A stretch of 31,798 nucleotides of DNA from Archangiaceae bacterium (GCA_043750125.1 JAYVCD010000384.1:1-31798); one strand, 5' to 3'. Counted from the stretch's first letter, positions 16,519 to 26,655 are shown. The notes: a model not told the origin generated them from the letters alone. Numbers and translations: made by a program.

Positions 16519-17460
16519 ATGAGCACTCCCACCAATCATTGGAAGCTTGGTCTCTTCGTCGTCGTCGGCATCTGTGCCTGCGTCGCGACCGTCATTTTCT
16601 TCGGCGGCCGGTCGTTGAAGAAAGAGACCGTCGCCTACAAGACCTACTTCGACGAATCCGTTCAGGGACTCGAGCTCGGTTCGCCGGTTAAGTTCCGCGG
16701 CGTGAGCATCGGCAACGTCTCGGACATCAACCTCGCCGGCGACAAGCGCCACGTCGGAGTCACCTACGAGCTCGGGGTCAAAGTGCTCAACTCGTTGGGG
16801 TTGGCCGAAGACAAAACGAAGGGAACCAAGACCAAGCTCGTCATTCCGCCCGATCTGCGGGTTCAGCTCGCGTCGTCCGGGATCACCGGCGTGAAATTCA
16901 TTCAAATGGACTTCTTCGACGTGAAGTTCAACCCCCCCATCGAGCTCCCGTTCGAGGTCCCCGACAACTACATCCCCGCCACCGCTTCGATGATGAAGAA
17001 CCTCGAAGACTCGGTGGTGAACGCGGTCGACCGATTTCCTGAGGTCGCCAAACAGTTGCTGATGGTGCTTACCCGGGTGAGCACCATTCTCGGGGAGATC
17101 GAGGGCATCCGCCTTCCGGAAAAACTGTCCGACACCCTCGCCCTGCTCAACAAGGTCTTGAACCAGGTCAACACCGCGCTCGTCGCGCTCGACACCGGGA
17201 CTCTTTCGAAAGACGCGCAGCAGACGCTCAAGAATTTGAACGTCGCAGTCACCGGCATCAACCAGATTGTGGGCAGCGTTCACCGCACCTCAGAGGCAAT
17301 GGGGAACATGGCGCAGAACGCAACCCATGTCGGGCCGGCGATGGAAGACGCGCTGCGAGACGTGCAGGGCGCCGCTCAGTCGGTCCAGCGGCTCGCAGAC
17401 GCGCTCGAGCTCGACCCGGACATGTTGATTAAAGGCCGCGCCAAGAGGGTCGCCAAATGA
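16519..17460 (+). CDS. MCE/MlaD family protein
   Basis: N-terminal TM, YFDESVQGLELGSPVKFRGVSIGNV, GITGVKFIQM, helical C-terminus. Confidence 0.92.
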   Translation: MSTPTNHWKLGLFVVVGICACVATVIFFGGRSLKKETVAYKTYFDESVQGLELGSPVKFRGVSIGNVSDINLAGDKRHVGVTYELGVKVLNSLGLAEDKTKGTKTKLVIPPDLRVQLASSGITGVKFIQMDFFDVKFNPPIELPFEVPDNYIPATASMMKNLEDSVVNAVDRFPEVAKQLLMVLTRVSTILGEIEGIRLPEKLSDTLALLNKVLNQVNTALVALDTGTLSKDAQQTLKNLNVAVTGINQIVGSVHRTSEAMGNMAQNATHVGPAMEDALRDVQGAAQSVQRLADALELDPDMLIKGRAKRVAK

Positions 17461-18098
17461 GTCATTCCAGAATTGTCGTGCTGATCTGCTCGGTGTTCGC
17501 GCTGCAAGGCTGCGCGTTGTTTTCGAAGGGTGAAGTGACGATGCGTCGCTACTACACCCCCGAGCTGTCGGCGATCAGGCCGTCTCAGGCGCACTCGAGC
17601 TCGGAGCTTCGTTTGGGTCGGGTGACGGCTGGCGTCTACATCTCGGAACGAATCATGTTTCGGGAGTCGGCCTACGAGGTCGGCTTCTACGACGATCGCA
17701 TTTGGACCGAGAAGCCCGAGGCCTACCTGCGACGCGGGCTCGGCCGGGTTCTGTTCGAGGAACAAGGTCTGCGCAGCGTGGTGCGCGGCGCGGGGCCAAC
17801 TCTCGACGTCGAGCTGATTTCCTTTGAAGAAGTCAAAGCGCCCCAGCACATTGGCCGGGTAAAGCTTTCCTTTGCGCTCAGTGACGAACGGGTGGTCTCG
17901 CTGCAACAGACCATCACCGTCGATCGCCCGATCATCGAGCAGTCGCCCAAGAACGCGTCTACCGAAGCCTCCGCAGTGGCTCAGGCCATGGGTGAGGCTC
18001 TGCGGGACGCCATCTATGAGGTCTCGAATCGGGTGGTCGGCGACCTCGCGAAGGCGCCTGGGGCCATCTCGCCCTGCCCGGTCGCGACGGCTCCGTAG
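17457..18098 (+). CDS. ABC-type transport auxiliary lipoprotein (PqiC-like)
   Basis: Lipobox LQGC, YY motif, DRIWTEKP; last gene of the MCE operon with ATGA overlap. Confidence 0.85.
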   Translation: MSHSRIVVLICSVFALQGCALFSKGEVTMRRYYTPELSAIRPSQAHSSSELRLGRVTAGVYISERIMFRESAYEVGFYDDRIWTEKPEAYLRRGLGRVLFEEQGLRSVVRGAGPTLDVELISFEEVKAPQHIGRVKLSFALSDERVVSLQQTITVDRPIIEQSPKNASTEASAVAQAMGEALRDAIYEVSNRVVGDLAKAPGAISPCPVATAP

Positions 18099-18306
18099 GT
18101 CGGATCGCAGTGGAAGGTGTGGCGGTGTCGTCCGGCGCGATTCGCGACGGTGGGGCTTTACGCACCAACAAGCTCAATCACATCGGCCTTTGGCAACCCC
18201 GCGACCTCTGGACACCGAGAGCCGACTTCCGATGACGTTTGCCTTAAAGCGTGGCGCAAATGCATTCGCGTTCAGCGCTACCTACGGAATGTGGCGAGGT
18301 TGCGGC

Positions 18307-18322
18307 TGGCACGAGGGCTGCT
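18307..18322 (+). promoter_or_regulatory. Putative sigma54 promoter upstream of the ice-binding protein genes
   Basis: TGGCACG-AGGG-CTGCT, near consensus, in a 448-bp intergenic region. Confidence 0.6.
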
Positions 18323-18546
18323 CAAGCAACGTCGCGCACCACATCGGGGGCGAGGCCCTCGATCACGCTAAGCAAAAGGTTGAACAGCCAGCCCGTCGCT
18401 CTCCCCGACGGTCTACAGCTCAGCAACCTACCGCCACCCACAGTCCCGTACAACGCGTTCTCGGGGCGAACCGAAGTGGTGCAGCTCTCACTTTTCCGGC
18501 CGGCAAACTTCAATTCACGTTTTTCTCGAGACTGACAGGTCCCCCA

Positions 18547-19776
18547 ATGAAGCTTCTCCAGACGTCTGTGTTCCTCGTTATGCTGTCTCTGATTTCTGCC
18601 TGCGGTGAGCCCACCTTCGTGGCTGACGGCGGCAAAGGCGGCGGCACGGGCACCGGCGGCGGGACTGGCACCGGCGGCGGGACTGGCACCGGCGGCGGGA
18701 CAGGCACCGGCGGCGGCACGGGCACCGGCGGCGGGACAGGCACCGGCGGCGGGACAGGCACCGGAGGAGGATCAGCGATCGTCACTCCGACAGTCGCCTC
18801 GACCCACCCGCAGAGCAATGCGACCAACGTCCCGCTGAACGTCAAGCCCGCAGCGACCTTCAGCATCGCGATGAACGCCACCACCCTCAGCGCCACGACG
18901 TTCACCGTGAAGCAAGGCAACACGGCCGTTTCTGGCGCCGTGGTTTACGCCGGATCCACCGCGACATTCACGCCCGCCTCCGCTCTGGCGCCCAACACGC
19001 CCTTCACAGCGACCCTCACCACCGGAGCCCAAAGCGTTGCCGGCGTCCCGCTGGCCGCGCCCTACACCTGGAACTTCACCACCGGAACCGCCGCAGCCCT
19101 GGGCCCCGCGCCCGTCGGTCTGGGCACCGCCGGCAACTACGTGGTCCTCGCTAAGACGGCGATCTCCAGCGTCCCGGGTTCGACGCTCACCGGAAACATC
19201 GCGGTCAGCCCCGCCGCGGCCTCCTTCATCACCGGCTTCTCGCTCGTTGCCGATTCGACCAACGTATTCTCCACCTCCACTCAGGTGATTGGAAAGGTCT
19301 ACGCGGCCAACTACGCGGTGCCCACGCCCATCAACCTCACGACCGCCGTGGGCAACATGGAAAGCGCGTACACCGACGCCGCCAGTCGTCCGACGCCGGA
19401 CTTCCTCGAACTCGGCACTGGGAACATCGGAGGTCTCACTCTGGCCCCCGGCCTCTACAAGTGGACCAGCACCGTCACCCTCCCCGCCAATGTGACCATC
19501 GCGGGTAACGCCAACGACGTCTGGATCTTTCAGACCACCGGCGATCTCACCATGGCCGCGGCGAAGAGCATCACCCTCAGCGGCGGCGCGCAGGCCAAGA
19601 ACATCTTCTGGCAGGTCGCCGGCAAGGTCGTGATCGGCGCGGGCGCGCACTTCGAAGGCATCCTCCTGTGCAAGACCGAAGTGACTCTCCAAACGGGCGC
19701 AACAATGAATGGCCGGGTTCTCGCCCAGTCCCAGGTCGCGCTTCAGCAAGCGACCATTACCCAGCCCGCACCGTAA
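18547..19776 (+). CDS. Ice-binding-like lipoprotein 1 (Gly/Thr linker, Ig-like Big_5 domain, DUF3494)
   Basis: Lipobox ISAC; PTVASTHP...ATFSIAMN...YTWNFTT Ig-like domain; LGTAGNYVVLAKT, AYTDAA, LAPGLYKW, WIFQ, AKNIFWQVAG, HFEG, NGRVLAQ of DUF3494. Start reset to ATG 18547. Confidence 0.93.
   Translation: MKLLQTSVFLVMLSLISACGEPTFVADGGKGGGTGTGGGTGTGGGTGTGGGTGTGGGTGTGGGTGTGGGTGTGGGSAIVTPTVASTHPQSNATNVPLNVKPAATFSIAMNATTLSATTFTVKQGNTAVSGAVVYAGSTATFTPASALAPNTPFTATLTTGAQSVAGVPLAAPYTWNFTTGTAAALGPAPVGLGTAGNYVVLAKTAISSVPGSTLTGNIAVSPAAASFITGFSLVADSTNVFSTSTQVIGKVYAANYAVPTPINLTTAVGNMESAYTDAASRPTPDFLELGTGNIGGLTLAPGLYKWTSTVTLPANVTIAGNANDVWIFQTTGDLTMAAAKSITLSGGAQAKNIFWQVAGKVVIGAGAHFEGILLCKTEVTLQTGATMNGRVLAQSQVALQQATITQPAP
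18637..18762 (+). repeat. 7 x 18-bp tandem repeat encoding (GGGTGT)7
   Basis: GGCGGCGG(C/G)ACNGGCACC units with only synonymous variation. Confidence 0.92.
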
Positions 19777-19795
19777 TCAAAAGCCGGACCGTCGC

Positions 19796-19816
19796 CCGCC
19801 AGCAGCCGTCTGGCGG
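19796..19816 (+). other. GC-rich hairpin between the two ice-binding genes
   Basis: CCGCCAG-cagccgt-CTGGCGG inverted repeat; no immediate U tract. Confidence 0.4.
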
Positions 19817-19911
19817 CGCCGGATGTTAGCGATTGACTTGCTGTTCAGCCGTTGTCCTTTTTTCACTTTTCGTCTTTCGAGCAATCGCAAGACGCAATGA
19901 CAGGTCTACCC

Positions 19912-21069
19912 ATGAGCTTCCTCAAAACAGCCGTATTCTTCGTTGTGTTGTCTTTGATCTCCGCCTGCAGTGGTTCGGGCGGCGGCACCGGTGGAGGCAA
20001 CGGCACCGACGGTGGCTCGGGCGGCGGCAGTGGAGGCGCCGCCGGAGGAGGCAGTGGCGGCGGGACTGCGGCCACCGCTCCCACCGTCACCTCGGCATTC
20101 CCTTCTGACACCAGCACGGGCGTGGCCCTCAACGTGAGGGTGGCTGCAACCTTCAGCGCCGCGATGGATCCCGCCACGCTCAACGCCACCACGTTCACCG
20201 TGAAGCAGGGCACCACCGCGGTGGCCGGTGCCGTCGCCTACGTGGGGTCCACCGCGACCTTCGTTCCCGCGGCGAACCTCACCGCCAGCACCAGCTACAC
20301 CGTCACCCTCAGCACGGGCGCCAAAGACCTCGCTGGCAAAGCACTCGCCGCTGCGTACACCTGGAGCTTCGTCACCGGGACCACCACCGCCCAGGGGCCG
20401 GCAGCCGTCAGCCTCGGCACCGCCGGCAACTACGTGGTCCTCGCCAAGACGAGCATCTCGAGCGTTCCCGCGTCGGTCATCACCGGGAACCTCGGCCTCA
20501 GCCCTTCGGCGGCAAGCTTCGTGACCGGGTTCTCGCTGGTCGCCGACGCGACCAACGTCTTCTCCACTTCGACCCAGGTGGTGGGCAAGGTCTACGCGGC
20601 CAACTACGCCGTCCCCACTCCTTCGAACCTCACCACTGCCGTCAGCAACATGGAAAGCGCCTACACCGACGCGGCGGGCCGGCCCACCCCTGGCTTTCTC
20701 GAGCTGGGCACTGGAACGATCGGAGGCCTCACCCTCGCACCCGGCCTCTACAAGTGGACCAGCACGGTCAACGTCCCGACCGACGTGACCATCGCGGGTG
20801 GCGCCAATGACGTGTGGATTTTCCAGACCAGCGGCGATGTGAACGTCGCCGCTGCCAAAAACGTGATCCTCAGCGGCGGAGCCCAGGCCAAGAACATCTT
20901 CTGGCAGGTCGCCGGCCAGGTCACGGTGGGTGCGGGCGCGCACTTCGAAGGGGTGATTCTCTGCAAGACGGCCGTCACCCTGCAGACCGGTGCCACGATG
21001 AATGGCCGGGTGCTCTCTCAGACCCAGGTCGCGCTGCAGAAGGCGACCCTCACTGCGCCCGCGCAGTAG
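19912..21069 (+). CDS. Ice-binding-like lipoprotein 2 (paralog; Gly-rich linker, Big_5, DUF3494)
   Basis: Lipobox ISAC; same architecture and motifs as paralog 1; same TGACAGGT before the start. Confidence 0.93.
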   Translation: MSFLKTAVFFVVLSLISACSGSGGGTGGGNGTDGGSGGGSGGAAGGGSGGGTAATAPTVTSAFPSDTSTGVALNVRVAATFSAAMDPATLNATTFTVKQGTTAVAGAVAYVGSTATFVPAANLTASTSYTVTLSTGAKDLAGKALAAAYTWSFVTGTTTAQGPAAVSLGTAGNYVVLAKTSISSVPASVITGNLGLSPSAASFVTGFSLVADATNVFSTSTQVVGKVYAANYAVPTPSNLTTAVSNMESAYTDAAGRPTPGFLELGTGTIGGLTLAPGLYKWTSTVNVPTDVTIAGGANDVWIFQTSGDVNVAAAKNVILSGGAQAKNIFWQVAGQVTVGAGAHFEGVILCKTAVTLQTGATMNGRVLSQTQVALQKATLTAPAQ

Positions 21070-21183
21070 TCGCTTGCGACCCACATCGCCGTAGACGCCC
21101 GGAGACGCCCATCTTCGACCTTGTTTGCGGTTGACCCGTTCCAGAAAGCGCGCGTAAACAACCGTCTGAGGCCTAGAATTTCG

Positions 21184-24100
21184 ATGGGAAAAAAGAAAGG
21201 GGCGAGCCACGTTCAAGCCGCTGAAACGCCGCCGGCAAGGGGCGCTGCCGAGGAAGAACGTCACGCCCCTCACACAGGCGAGTCATTCCCGATCGTCGGT
21301 GTGGGAGCGTCGGCTGGAGGGCTCGAGGCGTTCACGCAAATGCTCGAGGGCCTTCCGGCCGACACCGGCATGGGGTTCGTTTTCGTGCAGCATCTTGATC
21401 CGGACCATGAAAGCGCGCTGACGCAGATTCTCTCTCGTGTCACTTCGCTACCAGTAAGCGAGATCACAAACGGCGAGCGGGTGCTTCCCGATCACATCTA
21501 CGTCATTCCGCCGAACGCAGGGTTGAGCATCTCCAAAGGCATCTTGAAGCTTGAGCCGCGCAAATCGACGCGCTTGCCACAGAGACCAATTGATTCTTTT
21601 TTTGAGTCGCTGGCGCAGGACCGGCGCGAAAGAGCCATTGGGGTGGTGCTCTCGGGCACTGCCAACGACGGAACACTGGGCCTCGAGGCAATCAAAGCCG
21701 AGGCCGGGATCACGTTTGCCCAGGATGATTCAGCGAAATACGACGGGATGCCCCGCAGCGCAGTGGCCGCGGGCTGCGTGGATTTTATTCTTTCTCCGGT
21801 AGAGATTGCGAAGGAGCTCGCGCGGATTGCACAGCACCCTCTTGTTGTCGGACAACCTTCGCCCAGGCTGATGGAAGACGACGGATCCGGCAGCTTGACT
21901 GCCGAGCCAGAGGCCTCTCGTGAGGGCGCCGAGCCCCGGAAAGGACAGGTCGTCCCCAAAGACGACGGCTACAAGAAAATCCTGCTGCTTCTGCGCAACC
22001 ATTCCCGCGTTGATTTCTCGCTCTATAAACCCACGACCATCCTTCGGCGCATCACCCGGCGCATGGTGCTCAATCAGCAGAGCACGCTCGAGGAATACGC
22101 GGGCTTTCTGCGCGGCAACGCGAACGAGCTCGACGCTCTGTACTCGGACGTGCTGATAAACGTGACGAGCTTCTTTCGCAACCCCGAATCGTTCGACGTT
22201 CTCCAGCACAAGGTCCTGCCCGAGCTGCTCAAGCAGCGCGGTGACGGTCCTCTGCGCTGCTGGGTGCTCGGCTGCTCCACCGGGCAAGAGGCGTATTCCA
22301 TCGCCATTGCCTTCGTCGAAGCGGCAGAGAAGGCGCCCCACGCGCGCGAGCTCCAGATCTTCGCGACTGATCTCAACAACACGCACCTCGACAAGGCTCG
22401 CCTCGGCCTCTACGGCAAGAGTCTTACCGAGGACATCACGCCAGAGCGGCTGCGGCGGTTCTTTGTCGAAGAGGGAGGTGGCTACCGTGTCTCGAGAACG
22501 CTGCGCGAGATGGTTGTCTTCGCACGGCAGAACCTCGTCGCAGATCCGCCGTTCTCGCGGATGGACCTCGTCAGTTGCCGCAACCTGCTCATCTATCTCG
22601 AACCGAGCCTGCAAAAGAAGGCGATACCCACGTTTCACTATTCGCTCAAGGCCGGAGGGTTTCTGGTCCTCGGCGCCTCAGAATCCGTCGGTGGCTTCAC
22701 CGACCTCTTCGAGCAGGTAGACAAGAAGCACAAGATCTTTTCAAGGAAGCCGGGAATGACCCCGGCGTTTCAACTGCCGCTGCAAAAAGAGCGCGACGAG
22801 AAGCCGTCCAGCCAAACGGCGCCTCTTCCGATAACACAGGCTGGCGACGTGGAACTGCCGGACGGCGCGCGTGGTGAGCTCAATGCGCAGCGCGAGGCCG
22901 ACCGCATCACTGTCAACCAGTTCGCCCCTCCCGCTGTCCTCGTAAACGAGGAGCTCCAGGTGCTCCAGTTCCGCGGGTCGACTGGCGCGTTTCTCGAGCC
23001 GCCCACCGGTAAAGCGACCTTCGACGTGCTGAAGTTGGCCCGGAAAGGCTTGATGCTGCCGCTGCACAGCGCGATCAACCAGGCCAAGAAGGACAACCAA
23101 ACCGCGCGCAGAGAGAACGTCCGTGTCAATCGCAACGGCAAGACCAGCGCCGTGAACCTGGAAGTTATTCCTCTGAAGAACCTGCCGGAACGCTGCTTTC
23201 TCGTTGTGTTCGACGAGGCGCGGAAGACTGGGCGCGCGCCGCCGTCCACGAAACCAGTGAAGTCTCGCGAAGAGAAGGCTCTGTCGACCGCCAAGCAGGG
23301 GTCGAGCCGCGTCGCCGAACTCGAAACCGAGGTCTCTGCGACGCGCGAATACTTCCAGTCGATGCAGGAACAGCACGAAACTGCCCACGAGCAACTCCAG
23401 GCGAGCAGCGAGGAACTCCAGTCCGCGAACGAGGAACTGCAGAGCCTCAACGAGGAATTGGAGACGTCCAAAGAAGAGCTGGAGTCTGCCAACGAAGAGC
23501 TCACCACCGTCAACGACGAGATGTCGAATCGGAATGTTGAGCTCGACCGCCTCAACAATGACCTCACCAACCTTCAGACCTCGACCAAACTTGCCATTCT
23601 GCTGCTTGGGCGCGATTTGGCCATCCGTCGCTTCAGCCCCCAGGCCGAAAAGGTGTTGGCCTTGAAAGTCACTGACGTAGGGCGACCGATCGGCCACATC
23701 CGGCACAGCCTGATTCTTGGCGACGCGAAGGAGTCGCATCTCGATTTGGATGTTCTTGCCGCCGAAGTCATCTCGCAGATGCGCGAGCAGGAGCTTGAGG
23801 TTCGCGAGAACAAAGGCGACCAATGGTATTCGCTGCGCCTGCGTCCCTATCTGACGCTCGACAACAAGGTAGACGGCGCGGTGCTTGTCCTGGTCGATAT
23901 CACCGACCGCAAACGAGCTGAAGAGGCACCCGCGCGCCTGGCCTCGATTGTCGACTCGTCTGACGACGCCATCATCAGCAAGGACCTTCGGGGTGTCATT
24001 AAGACCTGGAATCCGGGAGCACAGCGCCTCTTCGGATACACCACGGAAGAAGCGGTCGGAAAACCGGTGACACTGCTGATGCCTGCGGGACGCGTCGATG

Positions 24101-26655
24101 AAGAGACGGGGATTCTGGAGCGCGTCGGACGCGGCGAGACGGTCGACCACTATGAAACCGTGCGCCAGCGCAAAGACGGCAGTCTTCTGGATATCTCGCT
24201 GACCGTCTCGCCGATTCGAGACGCCACCGGTCGCGTCATTGGAGCGGCCAGAATCGCCAGCGACATCACCGACCGCAAGCGATCGGAAGCTCTGTTGGAT
24301 TCGCAAAGGCACGCACTTCAACTGCTGGCCGAAAGCGCGCCGCTTGATGACGTATTGGGATTCTTGGTGGGTGTCGTAGAGCGCCGTGCCCCCGCGGGCA
24401 TGCATGCCTCGATCGTGCCGCTCAATGCTGCCGGCACGCATTTCCAGCGCGGTATCGGGGCGGGCTTGCCGGACGCTTTCAATGCAGCGATTGAAGGCGT
24501 GGAAGTCAGCTCTTCGAGTGGCCTTTGCGCCAACGCCATCCGGCGGCGCGAGGCGGTGGCCGTTGACGATTTCAACCAAGATCAAGTGTGGCAACCCTTC
24601 GCGAAGCTCGTCGCTCCCTGGGGACTGCGCTCAGGCTGGTCCGTTCCCATTGTGGCCGCCAACGGGAAGATCGTCGGCTCGTTTGCCAACTATTCCCGCC
24701 GTGTGGGCGACCCGACCCCGCAAGACCGCGAAATGGTCGAGGTGGTCCTTCGAACAGCAGCCATTGCCATCGAACGGAAGCAGGCCGAGGAAGCGTTGCA
24801 GCAGAGCTACGCCGACCTTCGGGCGCACACCCAGATGGTGAGCCGCTTCAACCGCGTCGCGGTTGGGCGCGAGATTCGAATGATGGATCTCAAGAAGGAA
24901 GTCAACGACCTGTCCGAGCACCAGGGCGATGGATCGCGGTATGCGCTGGAATTCGCGCACCAGGCTGAGGTCACGGAGGTCGATGAACCGGCCCCGGGGG
25001 CCGCAGAGCTCAACCTGGCCAAGGAGTCGACGCGCGCCGCGCTCAACTTGATGGAAGACGCAGTGGAAGCGCGAAAGGCGATGGAAACAATCAGCACCGA
25101 GGCCAAAGAGAGTGAGGATCGGCTGCGGTTCACGCTGGATGCCACCCAGGTCGGTCAGTGGGATTTGGATCTCCTGACCGATACATCGCACCGTTCGCCA
25201 AGGCACGACCAAATCTTCGGGTACGACGAGCTCGTTCCGCAGTGGGGGTACCAAACCTTCTTGAACAAGCACGTCCACCCAGACGACCGGGCCCAGGTGG
25301 ACCAAACGTTCGAGCAAGCGCTGGCGAACCGCAAACCGTTGGCGATCGAGTGCCGGATCATCCGAACCGACCATGCCGTCCGGTGGATTTGGATCAAGGG
25401 GATCATCCACCTCACCCCTCAGGGCAAGCCGGTGCGGGTGTCGGGGCTGGTCATGGACATCACCGAGCGCAAGCGGCTCGAGACGAACTTGCGGCAGTAC
25501 GGCGCCGATCTTGTAGACGCCGACCAACGCAAGAACGAGTTTCTTGCGATGCTCGGTCACGAGCTGCGAAATCCGCTGTCCGCGCTTGTGTATGGTCTGC
25601 AACTCCTCGGCAAGGTGCCTGACGACCGCGCGCGATCCGAAGAGCTGCGCGGCATGATGGGCCGACAGACCACGCGAATTGTCACCCTGCTCGATCAGTT
25701 GCTCGACATCGCCCGCGTCATCTCAGGCAAGGTTGAGCTTTCGAAAGACCGAGTCGAGTTGGCGGACGTGGTCCGAGCCGGTATCGAGACGGTGAAACCT
25801 CTTCTGGAGAACCGGAAGAACAAGTTCACCTTTTCGGCGCCTACCAAAGTGAGCACCCTCGTCATGGGCGACGCGGTCCGGCTTGCGCAGGTCGTCGAAA
25901 ACCTGCTCACCAACGCCGCCAAATATTCGAATGAAGGCGGACCTATCGAGCTGACGCTCGAGACTTCCGGGGATCTGGCCCGAATGATCTTTCGGGACAC
26001 CGGAATGGGAATCAGCGCAGAGTTCCTGCCTCACGTCTTCGAAGTGTTCTCGCAGGCGCCGCGTGCCCTCGACCGCGCTCAAGGTGGGTTGGGGCTCGGC
26101 TTGCCGCTGGTGCGGCGCCTGGTCGAGATGCACGGAGGGCAGGTCGAGGCCAGGAGCCCCGGTCTTGGCAAGGGCAGCGAGTTTGTCGTCACGCTCCCTC
26201 GCCTCGCCGAGAGGCGTTCGGACAAGCGCACCGAAGGCGATGGAAGCACCGCCGCCCCAGCTGAGCCCACCCAGATTCGGCCTCGACGAATCCTCGTCGT
26301 GGACGACGAGAATGATGTGGCTGAGTCCCTCGCCCTGATTCTCGAAGCAGACGGCAACCAAACCCTTGCCGTCAATGACGGGCCCGCCGCGCTTGCGGCC
26401 GTCCACACATTTGATCCCGAGGTTGTGCTTCTCGACCTCGGCCTCCCCGAGATGAACGGCTACGAGGTGGCAAGAAGACTCCGCGATGAGCACGCCGATA
26501 AGAAGATGCTCCTGATTGCCGTGACTGGCTATCAGAGCGACGCGGCGCGCCTGAAGGAGGCCGGCTTCGACCAACACCTGATCAAGCCACCCAACTTGAA
26601 AACGCTGTCCGCCATGCTCTCGGCGTGGAACGGCGGGGCAAGGGAGACCCGTTGA
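21184..26655 (+). CDS. CheB-CheR fused multi-sensor hybrid histidine kinase (CheB, CheR, coiled coil, PAS, PAS, GAF, PAS, HisKA, HATPase, REC)
   Basis: GASAGG/VQH/SGTANDG; GCSTGQEAYS and CRNLLIY; EELQSANEEL coil; SSDDAIISKDL; LGHELRNPL; NLLTNAAKYS, DTGMGI, GLGLGL; VVDDE..LDLGLP..KP. Confidence 0.93.
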   Translation: MGKKKGASHVQAAETPPARGAAEEERHAPHTGESFPIVGVGASAGGLEAFTQMLEGLPADTGMGFVFVQHLDPDHESALTQILSRVTSLPVSEITNGERVLPDHIYVIPPNAGLSISKGILKLEPRKSTRLPQRPIDSFFESLAQDRRERAIGVVLSGTANDGTLGLEAIKAEAGITFAQDDSAKYDGMPRSAVAAGCVDFILSPVEIAKELARIAQHPLVVGQPSPRLMEDDGSGSLTAEPEASREGAEPRKGQVVPKDDGYKKILLLLRNHSRVDFSLYKPTTILRRITRRMVLNQQSTLEEYAGFLRGNANELDALYSDVLINVTSFFRNPESFDVLQHKVLPELLKQRGDGPLRCWVLGCSTGQEAYSIAIAFVEAAEKAPHARELQIFATDLNNTHLDKARLGLYGKSLTEDITPERLRRFFVEEGGGYRVSRTLREMVVFARQNLVADPPFSRMDLVSCRNLLIYLEPSLQKKAIPTFHYSLKAGGFLVLGASESVGGFTDLFEQVDKKHKIFSRKPGMTPAFQLPLQKERDEKPSSQTAPLPITQAGDVELPDGARGELNAQREADRITVNQFAPPAVLVNEELQVLQFRGSTGAFLEPPTGKATFDVLKLARKGLMLPLHSAINQAKKDNQTARRENVRVNRNGKTSAVNLEVIPLKNLPERCFLVVFDEARKTGRAPPSTKPVKSREEKALSTAKQGSSRVAELETEVSATREYFQSMQEQHETAHEQLQASSEELQSANEELQSLNEELETSKEELESANEELTTVNDEMSNRNVELDRLNNDLTNLQTSTKLAILLLGRDLAIRRFSPQAEKVLALKVTDVGRPIGHIRHSLILGDAKESHLDLDVLAAEVISQMREQELEVRENKGDQWYSLRLRPYLTLDNKVDGAVLVLVDITDRKRAEEAPARLASIVDSSDDAIISKDLRGVIKTWNPGAQRLFGYTTEEAVGKPVTLLMPAGRVDEETGILERVGRGETVDHYETVRQRKDGSLLDISLTVSPIRDATGRVIGAARIASDITDRKRSEALLDSQRHALQLLAESAPLDDVLGFLVGVVERRAPAGMHASIVPLNAAGTHFQRGIGAGLPDAFNAAIEGVEVSSSSGLCANAIRRREAVAVDDFNQDQVWQPFAKLVAPWGLRSGWSVPIVAANGKIVGSFANYSRRVGDPTPQDREMVEVVLRTAAIAIERKQAEEALQQSYADLRAHTQMVSRFNRVAVGREIRMMDLKKEVNDLSEHQGDGSRYALEFAHQAEVTEVDEPAPGAAELNLAKESTRAALNLMEDAVEARKAMETISTEAKESEDRLRFTLDATQVGQWDLDLLTDTSHRSPRHDQIFGYDELVPQWGYQTFLNKHVHPDDRAQVDQTFEQALANRKPLAIECRIIRTDHAVRWIWIKGIIHLTPQGKPVRVSGLVMDITERKRLETNLRQYGADLVDADQRKNEFLAMLGHELRNPLSALVYGLQLLGKVPDDRARSEELRGMMGRQTTRIVTLLDQLLDIARVISGKVELSKDRVELADVVRAGIETVKPLLENRKNKFTFSAPTKVSTLVMGDAVRLAQVVENLLTNAAKYSNEGGPIELTLETSGDLARMIFRDTGMGISAEFLPHVFEVFSQAPRALDRAQGGLGLGLPLVRRLVEMHGGQVEARSPGLGKGSEFVVTLPRLAERRSDKRTEGDGSTAAPAEPTQIRPRRILVVDDENDVAESLALILEADGNQTLAVNDGPAALAAVHTFDPEVVLLDLGLPEMNGYEVARRLRDEHADKKMLLIAVTGYQSDAARLKEAGFDQHLIKPPNLKTLSAMLSAWNGGARETR

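Noticed and set aside
18360-18520. c-di-GMP-I riboswitch suggested by GCAAA/GGCAAAC/GGTCTA fragments
   Set aside because: The fragments are not in the required order or spacing, and no GNRA-capped P2 stem is visible.
17872-18546. 225-aa N-terminal extension of ice-binding protein 1
   Set aside because: It overlaps the upstream lipoprotein gene and looks non-coding; the signal peptide and the paralog alignment place the start at 18547.
18637-18762. CRISPR-like array
   Set aside because: Contiguous in-frame coding repeats without unique spacers; no cas genes.
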